32,000 nt of DNA from Delftia acidovorans NBRC 14950. GTDB taxonomy: Bacteria > Pseudomonadota > Gammaproteobacteria > Burkholderiales > Burkholderiaceae_C. Positions 18,851-26,668 of the stretch are shown piece by piece; the stretch's first letter is position 1; each line of letters starts with the position of its first letter. The stretch is from assembly GCF_001598795.1 (NCBI RefSeq), contig NZ_BCZP01000002.1, positions 1 to 32,000 on the forward strand, given 5' to 3'. The translations under genes and the position numbers were made by a program. The notes beneath the pieces are model-generated. The model did no database searches. It saw nothing but the letters and a program-made list of their open reading frames with translations, and was not told the origin of the DNA.

Positions 18851-21800
18851 CTAGCGAGCGCTGCTATGGCGCGCCCGGCGGCGCAGCGAGATGGCGCCAA
18901 GGCCTGCCGCCAGCGTGCCCAGCCAGGCCAGGGCCCAGGGGCCCAGGGTGGGCACGGGCACGGGGGACGCAGCGCCGGGTCCCGGGCCGGGTGCGGGAGG
19001 AGGAGGCGGCGGGAGTGGCGACGGAGGTGAAACGGTGCTGGCCACCAGTTCGATGTCCTGCGACACGTCAGTGGCCGCCAGCCACAGCGTGTTGCCCGGC
19101 TGGCTGGCTGTGAGCCTGCAGGTGCCTGCGCTGACCATGGTCACCGTGGCGCCCGAGACCGTGCAAACGCCGGGCGTGGTGCTGGCGTAGTCCACCGGCA
19201 GGTTCGAACTGGCCGTGGCGGGCGGGCCGAGGTCGAAGCTGGCGCCGGCCGTGAAGGGCTGGTCGGCCTGGGCCGGGAAGGAGATCACCTGCGGCCTGCG
19301 GATCTGCAGGGTCACGAAGATGCCGTTGGCCGCCAGCCACTGGCCGGGCACGCTGGGCAGCCAGGCCTCCAGCATGCAGGGGCCCGCATCCACCATGGTG
19401 ACCGTGGTGCCCGAGACGGTGCACACGGCCGGCGTATGGGCGGTGTAGTTCACGGCCAGGCCGGAATTGGCCGTGGCGATCGGGCTGATCTGGAAGGTGT
19501 CGCCGGTCGCGGTAAGCACCTGATCGGCCTGGGGCGGGAAGGTGATGGCCTGGGGGGAGACGGCGCGCAGGTCGGCGGACAGGCGTGTGATGAAGCCGTC
19601 TGCAGTGCCTGCATTGGTCTCCTGTGCGCCACCGGCCATGCCCGGCAGGTTGCGGGATTGGGTATAGCCGCCCACCACCACTTCCCCGGAGGGCGTGGTG
19701 GCCAATGCGGTGATGGCGTCATAGTGCGTGCCGCTCAGGTAGGAGCTCTGCTCCAGCGTGCGCAGGTCGCCGGACAGGCGTGTGACAAAGCCGCACTGGT
19801 AGCCGGGGTCGCCGAGAGCCGGAGTCGGCTGTGCGCCGCCTGCCGTCCCAGGAAAGTCGGAGGCTAAGGTATTGCCGCCCACCACCACCTCCCCGGAGGG
19901 CGTGATGGCCAATGCGGTGATCTCGTCACGGGACCAGGCACCCAGGTAGGTGCTCTGCCTCAGCGTGCGCAGATCGCCGGACAGGCGTGTGATGAAGCCG
20001 CTGCTGTAGTTGCGGATGAGTTGGGTAGTCGGCTGTGCGCCGCCCGCCGTGCCCGGCAGGTCGGTTGATTGGGTATGGCCGCCCACCACCACTTCCCCGG
20101 AGGGCGTGATGGCCAATGCGGTGATGACGTCATCGGTCGATCCACCCAGGTAGGTGCTCTGTTTCAGCGTGCGCAGGTCGCCGGACAGGTGTGTGATGAA
20201 GCCGTCGCTCCCACTCGCCGGGTTGGGCTGGGCGCTGCCGGTGGTGGCAGGCAGGTTGGTGGAATATGTGAAGCCGGCGACCAGCACGTCCCCCGAAGGC
20301 GTGAGGGCCAGTGCCGTAGGCGAGTCTGCTCCGGTGATATAGGTGCTGCGCACCAGCGTGCGCAGGTCTGCCGATAGCAGGGCCGCAAAGCCGTTGCGGG
20401 TATTTGGCGCTACGTCCGCAATGGCGCCCTGTGCCGTACCGGGGAAATCGGAGGACTCCGTAGATCCGCCCACCACGATGTCGCCCGAGGGGGTGATGGC
20501 CAGGGCTGCCAGGCTGTCCCGACCGCTTCCCCCCAGATAGGTGCTCTGCACCAGGGTGCGCAGATCGGCCGACAGGCGTGTGACAAAGCCGCTGCGTGCG
20601 CCTGGATTTGCCGGTTGCGCTCCGTTCACCGCGCCAGGAAGATTTCCGCTCGAGGTGTCGCCCGCCACCACCACATCGCCCGAGGGCAAGATGGCCATGC
20701 TGGGGAAGTGGAAGTCTCCTCCATCGTTCATGCCCAGATAGGAGCTTTGCTCCAGGGTGCGCAGGTCGCCGGACAGGCGTGCCACAAAGAGGTGAACGTC
20801 GGCCGCTGAGGGGGCCAGGGCCCCGCCGGCTGTGCCGGGGAAATCGCTGGAGCGGGTTATGCCGGCCACCAGCACCTGCCCCGCAGGGGTCAGGGCCAGG
20901 GCGGTGATGGCATCGTTGCCAGACCCGCCAAGGTAGGTGCTCTGCAGGAAGGGGTCGATCACCAGCGGCAGCGCCTGATCATAGGCCCCCAGCGCAAAGC
21001 CGTAGCCATCGCCCCGGCTGTTGAGAGCGTACTGCACGGGCACCTCCACGCGCCGCCCCGCAACTTCCTGGAAGGCCACGGGCGCCGTGTAGGCCACGTC
21101 GCCATGGCCTGTGGCGGCCACCAGTTCGCCGCCTTCGCCCAGGCGCAGGGACAGCGCGCCGTCCACGCGCACCTGGATCTGCCCGGGGTCTGCCTGCGGG
21201 GCCACGTGAAAGAGCTTTTCCACATTGGCGCCGCGCACGGCCAGTTCCACCTGCACGCCGGGCCAGGCCTGGCCCAGGTGCAGGTTGCGGTAGGTGGCCG
21301 GCTGATAGCTGTGGGGGCCGCTGAAGCGGGTGATCTGGGTGGCGGCGGCCTCGCCGCCCGTGGGCGACAGCGGCAGCGCGCCGGCCAGGGTTTCGGTGAG
21401 GCTCCAGCCGGACAGGGGTTGGGTGGCTGGCGGGGTCTGGGACGGTGCCTGGGGTTGGGTGCCTGCGGGCGCCTTGGGCGGTTTCTTGGGGGGTGCTTGG
21501 GGAGGCATCTCGGGCGGGGGGGCCGAGGTCACGCCCTGCTGCTGCGCGGGCGCGGCCAGGCTGTAGACGATCTGGCCCTGGCGGGTGACGTGGATCGCGC
21601 CCGCGAAGGTGCGGCCCGTGAAGGCCACGGCAGGGTCGAACTGGCCGCTGTTGGCCTCGAACGGCACGGACAGGCCCTGCAGGGCCTGCTGCGCGTGCGG
21701 TATCTGCCGGGCCTGGGCGGAGCCATGTGCTGGGGCATGGGCTGGTGAGTGCGCTGGTGTGTGCGCGCGGTGGTGGGCAGGACTTTGGGAGGGGCCGGGT

Positions 21801-21898
21801 ACTGCGTGGGCCAGGCCGGTCGATGCCCAGAGCAGGCATGCCGCCAGGGCCGGCTTGCTGCGGCGCCGCCTGGGCACGGAAGGGGGATGGAAACGCAT
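18851..21898 (-). CDS. Secreted seven-blade SBBP beta-propeller repeat protein with IPTL-CTERM-like C-terminal sorting signal (paralog B)
   Basis: ATG 21898 is preceded by AAGGAGA. The signal peptide is MRFHPPSVPRRRRSKPALAACLLWASTGLAHA. The architecture matches paralog A, with an added Pro/Gln-rich insertion in the N-terminal module. The C-terminus is VPTLGPWALAWLGTLAAGLGAISLRRRARHSSAR. Confidence 0.8.
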   Translation of the reverse strand: MRFHPPSVPRRRRSKPALAACLLWASTGLAHAVPGPSQSPAHHRAHTPAHSPAHAPAHGSAQARQIPHAQQALQGLSVPFEANSGQFDPAVAFTGRTFAGAIHVTRQGQIVYSLAAPAQQQGVTSAPPPEMPPQAPPKKPPKAPAGTQPQAPSQTPPATQPLSGWSLTETLAGALPLSPTGGEAAATQITRFSGPHSYQPATYRNLHLGQAWPGVQVELAVRGANVEKLFHVAPQADPGQIQVRVDGALSLRLGEGGELVAATGHGDVAYTAPVAFQEVAGRRVEVPVQYALNSRGDGYGFALGAYDQALPLVIDPFLQSTYLGGSGNDAITALALTPAGQVLVAGITRSSDFPGTAGGALAPSAADVHLFVARLSGDLRTLEQSSYLGMNDGGDFHFPSMAILPSGDVVVAGDTSSGNLPGAVNGAQPANPGARSGFVTRLSADLRTLVQSTYLGGSGRDSLAALAITPSGDIVVGGSTESSDFPGTAQGAIADVAPNTRNGFAALLSADLRTLVRSTYITGADSPTALALTPSGDVLVAGFTYSTNLPATTGSAQPNPASGSDGFITHLSGDLRTLKQSTYLGGSTDDVITALAITPSGEVVVGGHTQSTDLPGTAGGAQPTTQLIRNYSSGFITRLSGDLRTLRQSTYLGAWSRDEITALAITPSGEVVVGGNTLASDFPGTAGGAQPTPALGDPGYQCGFVTRLSGDLRTLEQSSYLSGTHYDAITALATTPSGEVVVGGYTQSRNLPGMAGGAQETNAGTADGFITRLSADLRAVSPQAITFPPQADQVLTATGDTFQISPIATANSGLAVNYTAHTPAVCTVSGTTVTMVDAGPCMLEAWLPSVPGQWLAANGIFVTLQIRRPQVISFPAQADQPFTAGASFDLGPPATASSNLPVDYASTTPGVCTVSGATVTMVSAGTCRLTASQPGNTLWLAATDVSQDIELVASTVSPPSPLPPPPPPAPGPGPGAASPVPVPTLGPWALAWLGTLAAGLGAISLRRRARHSSAR
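18875..18955 (-). other. IPTL-CTERM-like sorting segment of paralog B (VPTL motif, hydrophobic helix, RRR)
   Basis: The segment encodes VPTLGPWALAWLGTLAAGLGAISLRRR, seven residues before the stop. Confidence 0.65.
19559..20944 (-). repeat. Seven tandem ~190-205-nt coding repeats (propeller blades) in paralog B
   Basis: The core GTGCGCAGGTCGCCGGACAGGCGTGTGAyrAAGCC recurs near 19564, 19758, 19965, 20169, 20358, 20556 and 20757. Spacings are 189-207 nt. Confidence 0.8.
20961..21410. repeat. Copy 2 of the 450-nt near-identical direct repeat (N-terminal module of paralog B)
   Basis: See copy 1. Lower-level similarity continues on both sides (for example 18420-18560 vs 21560-21700). Confidence 0.9.
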
Positions 21899-22154
21899 GC
21901 TTTCTCCTTGAATGCAGCGAATCCAAGGCAAGCCATGGACAGGGGCGGGCAGGCGATGCACGTCCCGCCGAGGCGGATGCTTGGTGGAAACTGCGGTGGC
22001 AGGTCATGACCGGCGCGGGGCTTTCCGCGCTGCCGGTCAATTGCCGATTTCTACCGAGTGCCGCTTGCTTCCACCATCAGAACTATCTGGTTTTTGCAGG
22101 AATCTGGCGCACCGTCCCCTTGCCACCACAAAGAGGGGCGCGCGCGGGCGTGTC

Positions 22155-22994
22155 CTACCTGCCGAATTCGGCGGCCAGCTCCTTGGCCCGTGTTTCCGCT
22201 GCCCGCATGGCGGCCACGAAATGCTCGGGCACCTGTTGCGCCTGCATGTGGGTGATGGCGGCGTGGGTGGTGCCGCCCTTGCTGGTCACGCGCTGGCGCA
22301 GCACGTCGGCGCTTTCGGTGGAGCGGGCGGCCAGTTCCGATGCGCCCTGGAAGGTGGCCACGCCCAGGCGGTAGGACTGCTCGGCCGTGAGGCCCATGTC
22401 AACGCCGGCCTGTGTCATGGCTTCGAGGAACAGGAAGACATAGGCCGGGCCCGAGCCCGATAGGGCGGTCACGGCGTCCAGGTGCGCTTCCTGGTCGACC
22501 CAGACGAACTGGCCCGTGGTGGCAACGACCTGCTCGATGGCGCTCTTGCCTGCGGCATCGACCTGGGCGCGGGCGAACAGGCCCGTCATGCCCTTGCCCA
22601 CCAGGGCCGGCGTATTGGGCATGGCGCGCACGATGCGGCCCGTGCCCAGCCACTGGGCGATGGAGTCCGTGGGAATGCCGGCGGCCACGCTCAGGTGCAG
22701 GGCCTGGGCGGTATGCGGCGCCACGGCCTGGGCGGCTTCCTTGAAGGTCTGGGGCTTGACGGCCCAGACCACGATGCCGGCACCGTCCAGCGCGCTGGCG
22801 GCGGCCGCGGCATCGGCATGCGCCGTGATGCCGAAGTTCGTGCGCAGCGCGTCGCGCGCAGCCTCGAAGGGTTCGACGACGACGATGCGGTCTGCGGATT
22901 GGCCCTGGCCGATCAGTCCGCCGATGATGGCGCTGGCCATGTTGCCGCCACCGATGAAGGCGATGACAGGGGAGGCTGTGGAAACGGTGTTCAT
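22155..22994 (-). CDS. proC: Pyrroline-5-carboxylate reductase
   Basis: ATG 22994 gives MNTVSTASPVIAFIGGGNMASAIIGGL, the NADP-binding fold of P5C reductase. ProC-like blocks include RAMPNTPALVGKGMTG, SGSGPAYVFLFLEAM and VTSKGGTT. The long upstream extension of track ORF 22155..23459 overlaps the next gene and is discounted. No clear Shine-Dalgarno is seen. Confidence 0.9.
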   Translation of the reverse strand: MNTVSTASPVIAFIGGGNMASAIIGGLIGQGQSADRIVVVEPFEAARDALRTNFGITAHADAAAAASALDGAGIVVWAVKPQTFKEAAQAVAPHTAQALHLSVAAGIPTDSIAQWLGTGRIVRAMPNTPALVGKGMTGLFARAQVDAAGKSAIEQVVATTGQFVWVDQEAHLDAVTALSGSGPAYVFLFLEAMTQAGVDMGLTAEQSYRLGVATFQGASELAARSTESADVLRQRVTSKGGTTHAAITHMQAQQVPEHFVAAMRAAETRAKELAAEFGR

Positions 22995-23026
22995 GCTGGT
23001 GGCGGTGGAGAAGGAAAACGAAGAGT

Positions 23027-23818
23027 TTAGAGCGTGTTCCCACCGTGCCAGCGCATGTCCACGCCATGGCTGGTGGCCAGGTCCAGGGGCTGTGCCGGGG
23101 CGCCGGGCCGCTGGCGCAGGGTGAGCGCGCAAGGGCCCTCTCCGCGCGTGGCAAGGCGCTGGCGCAGTGCGTCGGAGGCCGCCAGTGCCTGCGCGCCTTG
23201 CAGCAGCAGGTCGAACCCCGGCAATGCCAGCCGCGCGCCCTGGTTGTCCAGCCTCTCCAGCTGCAGGCCCGGGCCCAGCAGCGCCCGGTAGCGGTCCAGG
23301 CTGGCGTCCAGATCGTGCACAGCGACGGTCAGCGAGGCCACGCCCAGCGCGCCGTTGGGATGCTCGCGCACGCTGCCCTCGGGCACGCGCAGGGCGCGCG
23401 GCGTGACGTCGCCGCACAGGAAGGGCAAGTCGGGCGTGGCGTGGCGCGCCGTCTGCCACAGCAGTTGCGCGCCGTCGGGGCGCACGCGGCCTCCGTCCAC
23501 GGGGCCGACCAGGGTATCCAGCCCCCGCCCGCGTGCCTCGGCCAGCGCCTGGGCGGTGCTTTGGGGCAGCAGGGCGAAGTCCACCAGCCCCTCGCCATGG
23601 TCGCGCAGCGTGCGGTACCAGCGCTCTTCGGGCGCCGGGGCGGTCCAGGCAATGATCTCCAGGTAGGCGCCGTCGGCAAACACGACCAGCGCGTTGTGCG
23701 AGGTGCGGCCCGGATGGCGGCCGCCGATGGCGACCTGGAAGCCCAGCGCGCGGTAGTCCGCCACGGCGGCCTCGAGGTCCTGCACGGCGATGACGATGTG
23801 GTCCAGCGGAAGTGCCAT
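23027..23818 (-). CDS. VOC-superfamily protein (glyoxalase-like domain, PF13468-type)
   Basis: ATG 23818 is preceded by AGGAG. The N-terminus MALPLDHIVIAVQDLEAAVADYRALGFQV...HNALVVFADGAYLEIIAW is typical of this glyoxalase-like family. The specific function is unknown. Confidence 0.75.
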   Translation of the reverse strand: MALPLDHIVIAVQDLEAAVADYRALGFQVAIGGRHPGRTSHNALVVFADGAYLEIIAWTAPAPEERWYRTLRDHGEGLVDFALLPQSTAQALAEARGRGLDTLVGPVDGGRVRPDGAQLLWQTARHATPDLPFLCGDVTPRALRVPEGSVREHPNGALGVASLTVAVHDLDASLDRYRALLGPGLQLERLDNQGARLALPGFDLLLQGAQALAASDALRQRLATRGEGPCALTLRQRPGAPAQPLDLATSHGVDMRWHGGNTL

Positions 23819-23858
23819 GAAAGCTCCTGTGTGGTGTAAGGGGGTGCCGTCCGGATTC

Positions 23859-24839
23859 TCAGTCTTCGAGCTGGACCTTGTTGTCGCGCACGAAGCGGCC
23901 CCAGCGCTCATATTCCTGGCGCACCCAGCGGTCGAGGGCGGGTCCGTCCGTGGCCATGACTTCAAAGCCCGACTGCATGAGCTTGCTGCGGATGTCGGGC
24001 GTGTTCAGCGTGGCCTGGAAGTCTTCGGTGAGCTTGTGCACCGTGGCTGCCGGCGTGGCGGAAGGTGCGAAAACGCCGATCCACGAGTAGGCCTCGAAGC
24101 CCGGGAAGCCGGACTCGGCCACGGTGGGCACGTCGGGCAGCTCGGGCAGGCGCTTGAGGCCGGTCACTGCCAGCGGCTTGATCTTGCCCGCCGAAATCTG
24201 GCCGCGCAGCGCCGCGTAGCTGAGCAGGGTGAGGTCGGACACATTGCCGAGCACGGCCTGCACTGCCGGGCCGCCGCCGCCGTAGGGCACGTGCAGCACG
24301 TAGGTGCCCGAGCGGCGCTTGATGTCCTCCATCACCAGGTGGTTCATGGACCCCAGGCCGGTCGATGCGTAGCTGTATTTGCCCGGGTTGCGGCGCGCCA
24401 GCTCCAGGAAGCCGGCCAGGTCCCTGGCGGGCACCGAGGCCGAGGCACCGATCACCAGCGGGAAGCGCAGCGCCAGCGACACGCCCGTGAAGTCCTTGAA
24501 GGTGTCGTAGGGCAGCCGGGACTTGGCGATGGGATTGATGGCATGGGTGTCGAAGCTGAACAGCAGGGTGTTGCCGTCCGGGGCCGACTTGGCCACGTAC
24601 TGGGTGGCGATCTGGCTGGCGGCGCCGGGGCGGTTCTCCACGATCACCGGGCGCCCGGCCACCTCGCCCAGGCGCGGCTGCAGTATGCGGGCGGCGATGT
24701 CGGTGCTGCCCCCCGGCGGGAAGGTGATGACCAGCTTGAGCGGGGCGGCGCCCTGCGCGGATGCCGTGCCGGCCGGCCCCAGCAGGCATGCGGCGGCCGT
24801 GGCCAGCAGCAACTGGCGGCGTGAGGGTGGATGGGGCAT
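23859..24839 (-). CDS. Bug-family (TctC-like) tripartite tricarboxylate transporter periplasmic substrate-binding protein
   Basis: ATG 24839 has AAGGAG 7-8 nt upstream. The signal peptide has an RR motif (MPHPPSRRQLLLATAAACLLGPAGTASA). Bug-family blocks are FPPGGSTDIAARIL, YASTGLGSMNHL and VPYGGGGPAV. Confidence 0.88.
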   Translation of the reverse strand: MPHPPSRRQLLLATAAACLLGPAGTASAQGAAPLKLVITFPPGGSTDIAARILQPRLGEVAGRPVIVENRPGAASQIATQYVAKSAPDGNTLLFSFDTHAINPIAKSRLPYDTFKDFTGVSLALRFPLVIGASASVPARDLAGFLELARRNPGKYSYASTGLGSMNHLVMEDIKRRSGTYVLHVPYGGGGPAVQAVLGNVSDLTLLSYAALRGQISAGKIKPLAVTGLKRLPELPDVPTVAESGFPGFEAYSWIGVFAPSATPAATVHKLTEDFQATLNTPDIRSKLMQSGFEVMATDGPALDRWVRQEYERWGRFVRDNKVQLED

Positions 24840-24904
24840 GGGAAGGCTCCTTTTCAAGCGCATTGGCGGGCAGGAAATCGGGAATCTGTGCGTGGGGCCT
24901 GGCG

Positions 24905-26602
24905 TCAACCCATCCACTGGCTCACCGGCACGGCCGTGTCCTGGAGCTCTTGCGAGATCACATCCACCAGCGCCGGGCCGTCGTGCATCAGCGCGGCCTT
25001 GAGCGCGGCTTCGAGGTCTGCCGGGTCCTCCACGCGCCATGCCTTGACGCCGAAGGCCTCGGCCACGCGGGCATGGTGGGTGCGGTTGAAGTCGACTGAA
25101 AAGTAGCGTTCATCGTAGCCGGACTTCTGGCTGGCCTTGATCCAGCCGAACACGCTGTTGGAGAACACGATCATCTTCAGCGGCACGTTGCGGCGCACGA
25201 TGGTTTCCAGCTCGCCGCAGGTGAAGCCGAAGCTGCCGTCGCCCATGACCGCGACCACCACGGAATCAGGCTGGCCGATGGCGGCGCCAAAGCCGGCGGA
25301 CATGGCAAAGCCCAGCGCCCCGTGCGCGCGGTTGGTGATGAAGTGCCGGCCGGCCTGGGGCGCGTCGAAATAGGCCGTGAAGTAGGGGCAGGGCGTGCCG
25401 GGGTCGGCCACCACGATGGCGCGCGCGGGCAGCAGGCGGTTGAGCGTGTCCACCACGCGCTCGGGCTTGATGGGGCGCTCCAGCGAGGCCGCCAGTGGTG
25501 CGAAGAAGGCCTGCTTGGTGGCGCGCGCGGTGGCCGCCAGCGCGGCGCCGTCCGCGGCATCAGCGGGGCGGCGGGCGATGCGCTGCTGCACGGCCGCGTG
25601 CAGCGCCTGCAGGCCCAGCAGGGCGTCGCCCACCAGGGCCACGTCGGTGCGGTAGTTGGTGCCTATGGTCATGGCGTCCACGTCCAGGTGGACGATGGTG
25701 ACCTTGCGCGAGGGCATCTGCCAGTGCTCGGTGGTGGTGGAGCCGGCACGGGCGCCGATGAACATCACCAGGTCCGCCTGCGCCACCACGGCGCGCGTGG
25801 CCTCGACGCCGCCATTGGTGCCCACCACGCCGGCATTGAGCGGATGGCTGCCCGCCAGGCTGCCCTGGCCGCTGACGCTGGAGCACACGGGCGCGTTGAG
25901 CAGGGTGGCCAGCGCATCCAGTGCGGCGCTGGCGCCTGCGATCAGCACGCCGCCGCCGCAGATCAGCACGGGGCAGCGGGCCGCCACCAGGCGGTCGGCA
26001 GCCTCGGCCACGGCCGCCGGATCGGGCGCGGACCGGTAGGCCGGATAGCGGTCATGCCCTGGCTGAGCCCAGACATCGGCCGGATCCAGCGTGTGCTTTT
26101 GCACGTCATAGGGCAGGCAGATATGGGTGGCGCCGGGCCGGCCCGTGGTCATGGCGCGGAAGGCGCTGCGCACGGCGTGCGGAATCTGGTCCACGCGGTC
26201 AATGGTGGTATTCCACTTGGTCAGCGGCCTGTACAGCGCCTGCTGGTCCAGTTCGGTCAGCGGGAACTTGCCGCGCGCGCCCACGGAAACGTCCGAGGTG
26301 ATGCCCAGCACGGGCACCGAGGATTCGTTGGCCTCGGCCAGGCCGGGCAGCAGGTAGGTGGCGCCGCCGCCGCTGGGGCCTTCGCACACGCCTACCTTGC
26401 CTGTGACGCGCGCATAGGCGTCGGCCATGTAGCCGGCGCTGCGCTCGTCCCGCGTGAGGATGTGGTCCATGCCGTGGTCCAGCCGCGCCATGGCGTCGTA
26501 GAAGGGCAGGCTGGTGTCGCCGCACAGGCCGAAGATGTGCTTGACGCCATTGAGCTGCAGCATGCGGACCATGGCGTCGGCACCATTGAAAGCGGTGGTC
26601 AT
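24905..26602 (-). CDS. Thiamine-diphosphate-dependent enzyme (acetolactate-synthase-like family, substrate unknown)
   Basis: GGAGA lies about 9 nt upstream of ATG 26602. The N-terminal Pyr domain starts GADAMVRMLQLNGVKHIFGLCGDTSLPFYDA...ERSAGYMADAYAR. The C-terminal ThDP-binding motif is GDGSFGFTCGELETIVRRNVPLKMIVFSNS. Confidence 0.88.
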   Translation of the reverse strand: MTTAFNGADAMVRMLQLNGVKHIFGLCGDTSLPFYDAMARLDHGMDHILTRDERSAGYMADAYARVTGKVGVCEGPSGGGATYLLPGLAEANESSVPVLGITSDVSVGARGKFPLTELDQQALYRPLTKWNTTIDRVDQIPHAVRSAFRAMTTGRPGATHICLPYDVQKHTLDPADVWAQPGHDRYPAYRSAPDPAAVAEAADRLVAARCPVLICGGGVLIAGASAALDALATLLNAPVCSSVSGQGSLAGSHPLNAGVVGTNGGVEATRAVVAQADLVMFIGARAGSTTTEHWQMPSRKVTIVHLDVDAMTIGTNYRTDVALVGDALLGLQALHAAVQQRIARRPADAADGAALAATARATKQAFFAPLAASLERPIKPERVVDTLNRLLPARAIVVADPGTPCPYFTAYFDAPQAGRHFITNRAHGALGFAMSAGFGAAIGQPDSVVVAVMGDGSFGFTCGELETIVRRNVPLKMIVFSNSVFGWIKASQKSGYDERYFSVDFNRTHHARVAEAFGVKAWRVEDPADLEAALKAALMHDGPALVDVISQELQDTAVPVSQWMG

Positions 26603-26636
26603 GTCGGGAGTCTCCAGGCAGGTTGGGTGATGGGGT

Positions 26637-26666
26637 TTTTAAGAATCCATTTCAGTATACTTAAAA
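26637..26666. promoter_or_regulatory. Candidate GntR operator in the divergent promoter region (ThDP-enzyme operon / GntR gene)
   Basis: This is an AT-rich island in GC-rich DNA. The perfect 7-bp inverted repeat TTTTAAG (26637-26643) / CTTAAAA (26660-26666) encloses the 8-bp palindrome AGTATACT (26654-26661). That palindrome has a GT..AC core, as in many GntR-family operators. Confidence 0.35.
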
Positions 26667-26668
26667 GA

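Noticed and set aside
17260-20741. A series of look-alike ~65-aa ORFs on the + strand starting MLC(T/S/I)RVRRS... (17260, 17455, 17650, 20154, 20343, 20541). They could be mistaken for a small-protein gene family.
   Set aside because: They are the antisense reading of the repeated blade junction (..DLRTL.QSTYL..) of the two propeller genes. Their ~200-nt periodicity simply mirrors the coding repeats.
15919-20944. Regularly spaced repeats (12-nt tandem units and ~200-nt periodic cores) were considered as a possible CRISPR-like array.
   Set aside because: The repeats lie inside long ORFs with consistent protein-level repeat structure. There are no unique spacers of CRISPR size, no palindromic CRISPR repeat and no cas genes.
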